64,000 nt of DNA from Bilabrum cf. latius (lineage: Eukaryota), in assembly GCA_965178125.1 (NCBI GenBank), contig OZ237737.1:124001-188000 (forward strand), in the 5' to 3' direction. Positions 39,735-51,490 of this stretch are shown piece by piece. Below the pieces are notes generated by a model. The model did not search any database. It was not told the origin of the DNA and worked only from the letters and a program-made list of their open reading frames with translations. The position numbers and the translations under genes were made by a program. How positions within the stretch are numbered: the stretch's first letter is position 1; every line of letters begins with the position of its first letter.

Positions 39735-41467
39735 ATGGAGGATTTTGTCGAAGATGTCAATGCTCGACTCGATTCACTCAAGTGAGGCATCCTAGCGGTG
39801 GCATCACGAGCTGTGCCATGCCTAGGACTAGTGCAACCACTCCGTTAGTGCAACTCTCCTCGCATCGCAGTTTGAAGTCTTCACCACAAATTGCCCTGAA
39901 AGATGTTATTCATTTCACGGATACGTATAGGGTTGCGGTGTAGGCATGCATACAAGAGGTGAGACACTGTGCAGCCCTCCTGGGCCCTGGTTTGCAGCAT
40001 GCATCGCTCATTTGGACTGCGCACCAAACACTCTTGCCGTGGCACACGCAGCTGCGGAGGTATTGGACCAAAACATCTCACAAGTCGATTGTAGCCCCGG
40101 AGCCATTCAGGAGGGCAGCATTTCTGGACACGATTCGAAGGTGTGGGGCTCACCTGCCCTCCTCGGCCCAGGCGAGCGCGATGGCTCCAGCAAGCGCAGG
40201 CAGCGGCACTAGCGGCGGAGCGGCTCTGATCAATCTATCGGCACTCTAGTTCTTGGTTTCAGAGCTGCAATTTGCTCAGCTGGAAGCGCTCCGGTCGGCT
40301 CCAGCCGCCGCCGCACTAGACGGACCTGTTGCTCCAGCCGCGCCACCTGCCGCCTCTGCCGGTGCTAGTACTCAGGCTGGCAGCGTTGCAGGCACCGCGC
40401 CCGCTGGATAGACTTCCTCATCTTCTTCCGCCGCATCATCCTCATCATCATCATCAGCAGCAGCAGCCCATACTACTCGGGCTGCCGAGCCTGCACCAGC
40501 CATTGGAGCCGAGGCTCCCGCCCCGTCCGTGACGGCTATTGATTTGCTCGCTGCAGACCTGGCGTTGTTGCAGGTGGCCATGGATGATGCTGGGGTGCCA
40601 CAGTCAGGAATTGGGGGACCTTTTGCGACTGGAGCAGGGGCAGGTGCAGGGCATGCAAGTGCAGGAGCAGGCGCCGCTCGCATGACCGACGAGGAGAGCG
40701 GTGTTGGAGACGAGGAATTGCACCCGATTGGTGCGGAACTATAGAATGCACGGCGCCGGCTTGAATCTGCCCTGGCCGCCGGTGCATCGCAGGCCGCCGC
40801 AGATGACGGTTCACCCGCCCCAGCCGGTGCGCCCATCCTCTCAGCTGAGCCATTCGCCGCCGCTGGAGGCCCGCTCAGAGAGGCAGGAGAGCGGCTCGCG
40901 CGAGCCATGGACGCAGACTATGCGGCCCGTGAGGCGCTGATGACCAGCCGGTTGGACGTGACTGTGACTGCACTGCTGTGGGGGGAGGGGGCCAGGGGGC
41001 GCGAGAGGGCTGTGACGAGTGCGCTGCTGGGGGCGCGGAGGGCCATGGAGCTGCCGCGGCTGGCCGTGGGGCTGGACCAGGCCCTTGGTGTGACGAGTGC
41101 GCTCCCCATGGAGCTGGGCAGGCGTGTCAGCGCGGGGACATCGTCGTCTGGTGGGCGGGGCGGCGGCGCTGGCTCGGCCATCAAGCGAGTGGTAGTGCAG
41201 TCGATGCCTGACCGGGGGGGTAGGGCGGGTGAGATGCGGCCGAGTCGCAGAGACATGATGCCCAAGTGGGCTCCGAGGAGGGAGGGCGGCGGGAGCGGCA
41301 GGGGCAGGGGTGGTGGTGGTGGTCGAGGTGGGGGGCGAGGTGGTGGTCGAGGTGGGGGGCGGGGTGGCAAGGGTAGAGGAGGCGGGAGGGGCGGGAAGGT
41401 GCAGGGGTCCTGGACAGGCATGTCGGGTGCAGGAGGAAAGGGCAAGGGCAAGAGCAGGCGAAAATGA
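39735..41467 (+). CDS. FAM98: FAM98-family protein with C-terminal RGG tail; 5' exons approximate
   Basis: 'DYAAREALMTSRLDVTVTALLW' and 'MPDRGGRAGEMRP...MPKWAPR' followed by RGG repeats. Fragments share a frame and join through TAG 40247 and 40742. TGA stop. Confidence 0.75.
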
Positions 41468-41677
41468 AGGGTGGGCCAAAGCATTTCGTTGTTGCCAGTG
41501 ACTTGCGAATTGCGAACCATATCCTTAGCAGACGCAGACAGTGCGGCCACTTGTCAAGAGATGATGCTGTGCAGGCAAGTAGTACCAGCCTATTGACCAA
41601 GTCAGTCTGAGCACTCGCCAGAGCCACACGACAGGCACCCAAGAAAACTGGCAGACAGGCAGGCAGGCAGGACACAT

Positions 41678-41745
41678 GGCCCTGGGTGTTTGGTTGTTCC
41701 CCAGCACCGGCCCTGGGTGTTTGGTTGTTCCCCAGCACCGGCCCT
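41678..41745. repeat. 31-bp tandem duplication between convergent gene ends
   Basis: GGCCCTGGGTGTTTGGTTGTTCCCCAGCACC twice, plus a partial third copy (GGCCCT). Confidence 0.9.
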
Positions 41746-43484
41746 CACTGGGAGGCGCGGGCCCTCGACCCCCTCCTCTTCCGCGCCCCCGCTCCACCCT
41801 CCTCGTCTTCCTACACCTTGCTCTCCCCCTCTGCTGCCTCCTCCTCGTCCTCCTCCTTGTGCTCGCCCCCTGCAACCCGCACACCACCCTTCGCGGGAAC
41901 TACAGGCATCTCCCCGGGCAGCACCCTGGCCTTGAACACGGCCTGCTCCTCCACGACGATGGGCGCACCCAGCACGCGGGGCTCCCTGTTCTGCAGGTCG
42001 TCGTCCTTGCCCTGCCCCAGCTTGTGCAGCAAACGGAGGTGCGACGCAACGATCCTTGCGTACGACGGGTAGGCGTTGTACGGCACGCCGCGCTCGGCGC
42101 ACACCTGCCTCACGATGCGAGACATGGCGGGGTAGTGCACGTGGCACACCCCAGGGAACAAGTGGTGCTCGATCTGGTAGTTGAGGCCCCCCGCGGCCAG
42201 CAGCCAGAACCACGCCCACACCGTGGGTGTCTCGGGGTCGTGCATGACGGACCAGTTGACGGCAGTCCGCACTTGCATCTCTCCCCAGTCCACGTCTCTC
42301 GGCACGTTGTACTCCACGCCCTCGCTATTGTGCGAAACGATGAACGAGGTCGCCAGGTAGGCCGACCCGGTCATCTGCATGGGAAGCACCACCGTCCACA
42401 GAGCCGCAATGCCGTGCAGGTAAAAGGGAAGCACGTAAAAGCCGCCAATGTGAAGTGCCTTGCCCAGCCAGAACAGGACCAGATCAACCGCCCGCAGCTT
42501 GTGCATCCGCGTGTGGCCGTACCTGGCTGTGAACACATTCACCATGTCGTTGATGGTGTAGGCCATTCCCAGGAGCGTAAACAGGGCGGGGCCGTACACG
42601 TGCTGCCACCCGTGGTGAGGGAGCCGCGGCAGTGCGGGATTCAGCCGCATGAGTGGCCAGTTCTCGTACGAGTCCGTGTCCAGAACGGCATCGTTCGGGT
42701 CGGCGTGGTGGGCCACAACGTGCTGGTGCCTCCAACACAGGGCGCTGCCTCCGATCAGGTCGTCGCAGAAACCGAACGCGCGGTTCACCATGGACGAGGC
42801 GGAAAGGGCGCCGTGGTTCGCGTCGTGCTGGATGGAGAGTCCCACCACCGCGAGCATGAACCCCATGAACATCGCAGCCGGGGTGTTGCCCCGCACGACG
42901 CCAAGGTAGTACGCCGCGGCGCAGATGCCAAGGCAAACGATCGTCTTGAACAGCATAAACGCGCCGCCGCGAGAGCTCTGGCCCGTCTCCTAGAAGTACC
43001 TGTTAACCCTGACGCGCACTTCATCATAAAATCCTCGCGAGCTTGACTTGCCCTCGCCATCGAACGTGCCCACCTGGACAGGCACGGCGGGCTTGAAGCT
43101 CGACTTGGTCGCGCCACTGACCTCGAGCGACGCAAGGAACTTCTGCGCCTTCCCAAGGTTCCTGTGGTACGAACGAAACATGACAGTCGCATCTCGGCCG
43201 GCCGCAAGCAGCAGCAGGTCGGAGCCGCCGGGGTGCTTGTCCAGGAACGACTTGATGTCGTACACCTTGCCATCGATACGGGTCAAAGTCCCGTTCAAGA
43301 ATTCGCCCTTGCCGTCGAACGAGCTGTTCGGCTTCTCAGAAAGCGGCTCTTGCTCAGAACCCAGCCCAACTTCGTGAAGGCGGCGCGCCGGGGGATATTC
43401 TGACGTGTGTGCTTCCCTAGGCTGCGCCTTGTCGCCAGCCGATGGTACATCGCTATCGATCTCGTTTCCGCCAATGGATGGCAT
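41745..43484 (-). CDS. front-end fatty acid desaturase (delta-5/delta-4 type) with cytochrome b5 domain
   Basis: HPGG heme motif and His boxes HDANH, HVVAHH and QIEHH. TAG at 42990 between the b5 and desaturase domains, and TAG at 41811. TGA at 41745. Confidence 0.92.
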
Positions 43485-43794
43485 CACAGTAAACTTAGGG
43501 CAAAGGCGAGCGTACGGATTACCGAGCGCACAGGAAAAGCGAGTGCTGCCAAAGTGGAGTGGGATTTGACCCGATCCCGACCACTCCAGGTGCCTTCGTG
43601 AAGGTTCGTTACACCGTCAGAGCTCCTTCGGCTCCGACGCGTTTTGAAACAAAACGAATCGTATTGCAGAGTCGTATTGCACTGCATGCAGGCCCCAACT
43701 GACCTCTCCCAGGCCAGTTGCCACCGGACCGCTCCACGGTGGGGTGCCACCACTGGCAGCTAGCCTCGCTATCATTTGCTCACCTCACCTCGCC

Positions 43795-44858
43795 TCACTG
43801 CCTGCCCTCGGCCTCCCTTGCCCTGGCCTCGCCAGCCTCCTCCCCTCCCCCGGTGCGGTTCAACTCCTGCTGCTCCTTCTCCAGGAAGCGCAGGGAGGAG
43901 TCCTCCACGACCTTCTCCGCGTCCAGGTAGGCAGACCCCCCGGGCAGGAACTCGTGCTGGTGCTCCTGGGCCAGGTCAGCAGCGGCCTCGGCGCCCTCCT
44001 CCAGCTCGGCCATCTCGGTGGCAGTCAGCTTGCGCACGAACTGCGCGGGGTTACCCGCCCACACCTCCCCCTTGGGGACTCTCCTGCCGGGGTGCACCAC
44101 GGCGCCGTCCGCCACCACGCCGAACTCCTCCACCAGCGCGCCCTCCATCACGACCGCCCCCGCGCCCACCTTGGCTCTGTTCTCGATGGTGCATGACTGC
44201 AGCACCGCCCCGGGGCCCACCACGACGTAGTCCCCGATGCGGCAGGTCGCCGCCACCTGGCCCTCGACCGTCTTGGCCGTGTGCACCACCGCTCGGTCCT
44301 GGATGGACGTGTACCCGCCGATCTCCACGGCATTCAAATCACCGCGGACGACTGCGCCGTACCAAACGGATGATCGTGTACCTACCTAGACGCTACCAAT
44401 GACTGACGCGCACGGCGCAATAAACACATCGGCATCGACGAACGGATGCTTGTTGAACAGATTCATGACGCTCCTATGCCGGCTGACTGCGATAATTTAT
44501 GATAAACGTGGATACAAAGAGCGCGAGTTCGAGTGCACAGGCCCCGCTTTCGTCCCCGTACAAGGCTGCAGTTGCTCGGGAGTGGCACAACCGAGGGCGA
44601 AGCTGGCCGCAACGGCGGAAGGAGCCGGCGACGGCGTAGCTCGCGCCCAATCAAATGCTATCATCAATAAGCAATACATTGCGCCGCCATCTCGGTAGTC
44701 AATCCAGCTGACGCCAAGGTGGTCTCAGCTACGATCTGCTCACAAGCTTCCCTAAAGATAGGCTTCTCCAGCGCAGCAAGGCCAACTCCGTCGAGGTTCA
44801 ACCCCGCTTCTCGCAAGACACGGCCAAACTCGTACAACCCCCTGCGAAATACGCTCAT
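43795..44858 (-). CDS. mitochondrial complex I gamma-carbonic anhydrase-like subunit, one intron
   Basis: 'GRVLREAG..LD', 'SRHRSVMN', 'FIAPCASVIGSV*VG..SSVWYGAVVRGDLN', IQDR and WAGNPA motifs. TAG at 44386-44388. TGA stop. Confidence 0.9.
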
Positions 44859-45032
44859 GGTGCGAGCGAGACAGGCAGCAGTGCGTCTCGAAGCCGACCT
44901 CGCTGCTGCCTGCCCGAAAAAAATCGAATTCAATCTGCACAGTACAATTACGATATAGGGTGCAGTTACACTTATTCGGATTCCTGGTGAGATCGCGAAT
45001 GGCAAGTGCTACTGCTAGAGCGCTCTTGTGCT

Positions 45033-48000
45033 ATGTCGGCGCGCGTAGGGTTGTCAAGGGAGTTCTTCTAGTTGGTGTAGTCGATTGGGGAGTCCAAATC
45101 CAAGCAGGTAAGAGAGAGAGAGCCCGGCAGGCCTGCTTGCACTGCCACACACGCACAGCCGGCAAGCGCGCATCTCTGGGTGTTCGAACCGGTTGTGCCG
45201 CAAGCCCCATGCCAGCCAATTGCCGTGCCATTGTGACATATGCCGTCTGTCGTCGCAGGAGGAGGACCGGATCATCGTGAAGGAGCTCGGCACCCTGAAA
45301 AAGCTCAATGCCACGCGCCTCGACAAGAAGCGGATGAAGGAGTTCGTGATCCGCCTTATGTACGTGGAGATGCTTGGCTACGACGCCGAGTTCGGCTACA
45401 TGAAGGCTGTCGAGCTGGCTTCCACTGGTAACATGCTCGAGAAGCGCGTGGGATACCTGTGCGCCGGGCTCTGCCTGAGTCCCGAGCACGAGCTGCGGAT
45501 GATGTTCATCAACCGCCTGCAGAAGGACATGCAGAGCGACAACGTGCTGGAGATCTGCCAGGCGCTCACGGCCGGCGCGAAGCTCGTCGCCACGGACTAC
45601 ATCCCCGCCGTGCTTCCCCTGGTGGACCGGCTGCTCAAGCACGACCAGGCCATCGTGCGCAAGAAGACCGTCATGCTGCTGCACCACTTCTACCTGATCA
45701 AGCCCACCTCGGTCACGGACTACCTCCCCAAGCTCAGGGCCGCCCTCTGCGACCGGGACCCCAGCGTCATGGCCGCCACCCTGCACGTCTTCTTCGACCT
45801 GGCCAAGGCGGACCCGGGCCCGTACAAGGACCTGGTCTCGTCCTTCGTCAGCATCCTAAAGCAGGTCACCGAGCACAGGCTGCCCAGGGACTTCGACTAC
45901 CACCGGGTGCCCGCCCCCTGGATCCAGATCAAGATCCTCAAGATCCTGGCAGAGCTGGGGCACGCGGACCAGTCCTCCTCGGAGCAGATGTATGAGGTGC
46001 TGCTCGAGTGCATGCGCAGGGCGGACACGGGCATCAACGTCGGGTACGCCATCATCTACGAGTGCGTCAAGGTGGTCACGTCCATCTACCCCAACTCGAC
46101 TCTCCTCGATGCCGCCGCCGCTGCCATCGCCCGCTTCATCGAGGCCGAGAACCAGAACCTGCGCTACCTGGGAGTGACGGGCCTGACTTCGATCGTGCGG
46201 GACCACCCCAAGTACGCGATGGACCACCAGAAGACCGTGATCGAGTGCCTCCAGGACCCCGACGAGACGCTCAAGCGCAAGACGCTGGACCTGCTCTTCC
46301 ACATGACCAACGGGGTGAACGTTGGCACCATCGTGGACAAGCTCCTCGAGCACCTCAAGGAGGCCACGGACCGGTTCCTTCGTAGGGCGCTCGTGAGGAA
46401 CATCGCGCAGGCGGCCGAGAAGTTCGCCCCCGACAACGGGTGGTACATCAGCGTGATCGTGCAGCTGATGGAGATGGGTGGAGACCTGGTCAGCCAGAAG
46501 GTCGTGCAGAGCCTCATCGCCCTCGTGGCGGAGGGAGAGGGGGACGACGACCAGGAGGCGGACGACGACTTGCGGTCCGACGCGGTGGAGACGATGCTGA
46601 TGCTGATCGACAAGCCCTCGCTGCCCAACACCTTGCTGCAGGTCATGTTCTGGGTGCTGGGCGAGTACGGCTACCTGGCAGAGAGCATGAAGGTCGCCGA
46701 GATCACGGACAAGGTGTGCGTCATCGCGGGGAGGGCCTCCCTCACGCCCACCGCACGCTCCTGCGCCCTCAGCGCCATGCTCAAGCTCACCGCCCAGATC
46801 GGGACGGTGCTCCCCTCGGCCAGGGAGGTGGTGCAGCGCTACCAGCACTCGAGGGACGCTGACCTTGCCCAGCGCTGCCAGGAGTTCCTCGCACTCGCCT
46901 CCCAGCAGGACCTCATGAAAGCCGTGCTCCCCGTGGACGCCAGCCTCGAGGACATCGAGCCCGGGGACATGCCCTTTCTCGACAGGTACGTGCAGGACGC
47001 GCTGGCGGCGGGGGCCAAGCCCTACTCGAAGCCCAAGGAGGGCATCCCCGGGCTGCAGGGGCAAGGGGGAGGGGACTCCCACGAGCTGCGGTTTGACGCG
47101 TATGATGACCCGGAGAAGGCCATGGCCGCCGCGCTGCAGGAGCAGGCCGAGCACGCGCCCATGGGCGACGGTTAGGGCGGCGGTGCCAGCGGGCAAGGGG
47201 GCGGCGCCAACGGTCAGGGCGGCACTGGGCTCGGCCTGAACCTGCAGGTGGCCGGCATGCAGAACGTCTGGGGCGCGGACGGGTACATGGGCGGCGCGCA
47301 GACACCGGAGGCGGGTGGCTCCGGGAACGGCGCTGACCCCGGGGCGGCCAAGGGTGCCATGGAGGGCGCGCTGAGCGGGCTGGGGGCGCGAACGGGGGCG
47401 CAGGACGGGGGGCAGCAGGACGGTGGCGCGGCGGATGCGGCCGGCTCTGCTACTGCGGACATGGGCATGGGCATAGGTGGCAGCAGCAGCGGCGGGGCGT
47501 GGACCTCCCCTCCCGCGGCGGCCCCCGCGCCCCCCCAGCCGACGGAGGAGGAGCTCCAGGCCCAGGCGCTGTTCGCCGGTCTGGGCGGGGGAGGGAGCGG
47601 GAAGGGCAGCGGTGTGGGCGGCGCGGCGGGGCGGAGGGCAGGGCGCCGCGCGGGCAGGACCCGCAGGCAGAGGGGCGCGCCCGAGCAGGCCCCTGCACCC
47701 GCACCCGCACCGGCACCGGCACCCGCACCGGCTCCGTCGGACGGGGACGACCTCATGGCCGGACTGGAGGTCACGGCCCCACCGCAGCTGCCTGGAGCCC
47801 CAGCCCCCGCCCCAGCACCCGCACCCGCCCCCGCGGAGGACGAAGACGAGCTGGACCTGTTCGGGGCCCCTGCACCGGCCCCTGCACCCGGTGCGGGCGC
47901 CGGAGTGGCTGCCTCTCCGTTCGACCAGGGAACAAGCGGTGCCGGAGGGGGCGATGACGGCGAGGACGATCTCTTCGGAGGCATGTCCATGGGGGGAGCG

Positions 48001-48831
48001 TCTGCACCCGCCCCCGCCCCTGCCCCTGCGGCGGGTGCAGGCGGTGCCGGCCTCAAGATGGAGAGCCTGACGGCTCCTGCAGCCGTGGAGTCGGCCGTGG
48101 GTGCGGGGGTGCCTCGGCGGCCCGAGCGGGGCGCCATGGACCTTGGGGGCGACGGGACTTTGCGAGTGGGCGTGCAGCTGGGCTTCCGGCCCGAGTCGCT
48201 GATGGTGGTGGTGCACGTGGGGAACAGCGGGGGCTCCCCCGTGTCCGGGGTGCAGGTGACCCCGCAGCCCCTTAGCTTCCTGAGCGTCAGGGCGGTGACG
48301 GCGGGGTCGGGGGACGTGCAGGCGGACGCTGCCGGGGCCAAGCTCTCGGCCCCGCTGGGCCCCGGGCAGTCGAGGTGCTTCGCGATGCAGTACGTGATCG
48401 CGAACGTGCCGGCCAACTCGCCCTTGCAGCTGCGGGTGAGCTACGCCGGTGCAGCCGCGCCCCTCGTGGTCAGCGTGCCGCTGTCCGTGCTGGACCTGCT
48501 GCGACCCAAGCCCATGGCCACGCCCGAGTTCGGGGGCATGTGGACCAACCCGGCGTACGGGCACCAGGGCAGCGCCAGCTCCCATGTGGCCGCGCCCTCC
48601 ACGCTCGAAGCCGTGCAGTCGCTGCTCCCCGTCCGCGCGCACCACCACTCGATCGAGGGCATCCCCGCCACGCAGGAGGTCATCGCGTCCTCTCTGCTCA
48701 TGGGCACCCCACAGCACTCGCTGCTCCACTGCAAGCTCGCGGGAGGCGGCCAGCTCGGCATCACAGTCAAGACCGCCGACGCGAGCTTCACCGCGACCAT
48801 CGCAGAGGCGCTCAATGGGAAGTTTGCGTGA
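45033..48831 (+). CDS. AP4E1: AP-4 complex subunit epsilon, intron 45108-45258
   Basis: 'LSREFF*LV*SIGESKSKQ|EEDRII', 'YVEMLG', 'EKRVGYL', 'DYHRVPAPWIQI' and a C-terminal appendage domain. Three in-frame TAGs. TGA stop. Confidence 0.92.
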
Positions 48832-49036
48832 GGCTTGAAAGGCTGCAAAAGATAAGCACAGCAGTTCTTGTCGTGCCTTGCTTTGTTTTGGAGTGGCGGG
48901 CGTGCTTTTTTTGGCACCAGGGCGTCTTTGCAGCGAATTATTATGCTCGAATATTTCCCTTGAATTTGTTTGCCTTTGCATCTAGTTCATCTGAGCCCCT
49001 CAGAAGCCACACAGCTGCGCCTTGACCCCGATCATA

Positions 49037-50921
49037 TCACCACAGGAAGCTGTCGCGGTTGGCAATGTTGCTTCTGAACCGCGGGGGCCGCGGCAGCGTC
49101 ATGGAGGCGAAGCGAGCCCTCTTGCGCCGGGCCGCCTTGATCTTGGCGCGCTGCTCCTCCTCATCGCCCTCCCCGTCCAGCTCTCCGGGGCCTACAAACG
49201 GCGTGGGTGGCACCTGCGCGTGCCCGTCGGCCAGCGCCTTGGCTCTCCTGCGGTCCACCCACTCGGCGCCTGAGAATCCCATGGCCTCGTGCAAGCGGGC
49301 CGCCAGGGCGTCCGGCGCCTCCCGCGCCAGCACCGCGCCACCCAGGGTGGGCACGGCCACCAGCCGCTTGGCGTCCTCGGGTGCCAGCCCCTCCTTGGCC
49401 TCTGGCAGCTCGGGCGCCCCCTCCGAGGGCCCCTGTCCGTCGTTCTGCAGGAGCCCCCTGGCGAGGATCTCGTCTCTCGAGAGCCACTGGTAGTCGGAGA
49501 ACAACTCGCGGTCCAGCCGCATGCGCCCGTCCAGCGCCTCTGCCCTGAAGAAGAGCCTCTTCTCCCCCAGGCACTGCCTCTCGGCCTTGTCTTCCTCGCC
49601 GTACTCGTGCAGCCACACAGAGAGCGGGAACTCCCCCATGACCCAGGCGTCCAGGCCGTCACCCACGGCAGACACCACGGCCCGCTGCGCCGCGCTCCGC
49701 AGGCTCTCCTCCTCCCCCCCTCGCGCGGCCCAGGGCAGGGTCCACCTCCCCGATGCCTTCTCCCGCACCACCAGCACCAGCCTCTGGTCGTACCTCCTGT
49801 CCAGGGTCCTCGTGTCTCCGAGCTTGTCCGCCTCCGACTGCCGGCCCCCCCACAACGTGTGGTCCGTCTCGAAGTCCTCGGAGCCCGGCGGGGGCATCAG
49901 GGGGTCCAGCGGGGTGAAATCCCCGGCGGGGGCGTGAGCTAGGGAGGCGGCCGCGAGCGAGTCTGCCTCCTCGTCCCCCGTCGCCGCCGCCGCGCCCGCC
50001 TCGCCGCCGGCTGGGGCCGCTTCGTCCCCGGCACCCACGGGGGCCGCGGTCCCCTGCTGCGCCTTGGCCTGCTTCTTCTTGCTCTTCTTGCCCCCGCCCT
50101 GCCGACCGGCGCTCGAGTTTGCGAAGGCCTCGTCCATGGACAGCCCCTGCAGGAGTGCCTGGGCCTCTGGAGGCAGCGGTGCGGTGGACTTTGCCTGCAG
50201 CGACTGCTGGTACTCCAAAAATTCTCGCTCCCAGTCCTCGACATCCGGGAGCATGATCGGCCCTCGCTCCACAAGCCTGCGAGGGGGCCAGCGAAGAGAG
50301 CCGAGCAGGATGGCAGTGTCGCAAGATACGGCTCAACGTTGCTATACATCGTTAGTGAAACCAACACGGCAAACATCTCACGTGTAGACAACCAAAGGGG
50401 GCTTGTTTGGGAATGCCTCGGCCTGTTCATGGAACCGTTCCAGCCTGGACGCGAACCCAGTGCTCTCCGAGTGCCGTCGAGCCAACCGAACCGCCCTTCG
50501 GGCCAGCCGCGGGTCGTTGTATCCGTCGAAAGGCTTGTTTTTTCTTAGAAACGGGCCATCCATGTTGCGCTTGAAACCTGCGACGATTATGCATGGCCAT
50601 TGATGCTCGTTGGCTGCTTGCGCCGCACGCTCCGGAGAGCACCAGCTGGTGTGACACCAACGGAATTGCGGGTGCAATTTGGGCCTCAGTGCAATTGCGA
50701 AACTACGTAATATCCTTACTTCGGTTTTGCTTCTTGGCTTGGTGAAAAGACAGGGGCTTATCTCGCGCACCGCCGCCCTTCTTGGTGCGCCGGGAGTCCC
50801 CAACTCGTGCTGCGGGCCACAGGAGGTGCTACGCGCTGCATCCCTTACTAACTAGTCCTGACAAAGACGAAACTATGGATAATCGTCCGCGGGCACCCTT
50901 GGAGCAAAACCTAGCGGCCAT
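49037..50921 (-). CDS. MRPL46: mitochondrial ribosomal protein mL46 (Nudix-like), two introns inferred
   Basis: 'LVERGPI...WEREF', 'SEADKLGDTRTLDR', 'WTLP', 'ESLRSAAQR' and 'DYQWLSRDEI' motifs. The upstream exons carry an Arg/Ser-rich presequence containing one TAG. TGA stop. Confidence 0.75.
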
Positions 50922-51014
50922 TTTTTCAATGTGAGCGAGAACTATATGATTTCACCAAGACGATTAAAATAATGTACTTCATATGGTTATTATAATTAAA
51001 GGCCTACATTACGT

Positions 51015-51086
51015 TCCGTAATGGTGTAATGGTTAGCATATCTGGCTCTCACTCAGGTAATCCGGGTTCAATTCCCGGTTACGGAA
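51015..51086 (+). tRNA. tRNA-Glu, anticodon CTC
   Basis: Acceptor stem TCCGTAA/TTACGGA, D-arm TGGTGTAATGGTTAGCA, anticodon arm TCTGG-CTCTCAC-TCAGG, T-loop GGTTCAATTCC, followed by an oligo-T Pol III terminator. Confidence 0.95.
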
Positions 51087-51490
51087 ATTTTTTTCCCATG
51101 GTGCAGCATTAATTTTGCCCCGTGCATTGGACAACAGCACTGCGGCACTGATAGCATCATATCACATCACGATGCCTTCTCGAGTTGGCCCGGAGGGAAC
51201 AAATGACCACTGTGCGACCGCCAACCCTGCCACCTGAAACACGAAACCGATGATGCCAGTTGACTGAGTCGAGTGGGGAGTGCGGCGGCGCTCTGGCGGT
51301 GTCGCAAGAAGCGCAAGGACACGCAGGTATCAGTCTTCTTGCCGCAAACGGTGCAGCTACCCTACAGAAGTCAAACGCAGCCGGCAGGCCCGCCAAGGCC
51401 AGGAACGGCTCATGAATGTCAGTGGCAAATTCGCCAGAAGTGCAAGACGATCGAAATGTCCACATTCAGAATTGCACCCACAGATCCCGA

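Noticed and set aside
45856-48981. Long antisense ORFs (1041 aa here; also 13610-15100, 41676-43046, 52037-53407)
   Set aside because: These are shadow frames of GC3-rich genes on the opposite strand and show no recognisable domains.
50700-50930. Possible structured ncRNA (RNase MRP-like GGGGCTTA / AGTCCCC motifs) beside the tRNA
   Set aside because: The two motifs are in the wrong order, and the region is better explained as the first coding exon of mL46 on the minus strand.
51015-51086. Candidate UAG-decoding (suppressor) tRNA
   Set aside because: The anticodon at 51048-51050 is CTC (Glu), not CTA. I saw no tRNA(CUA) in this window.
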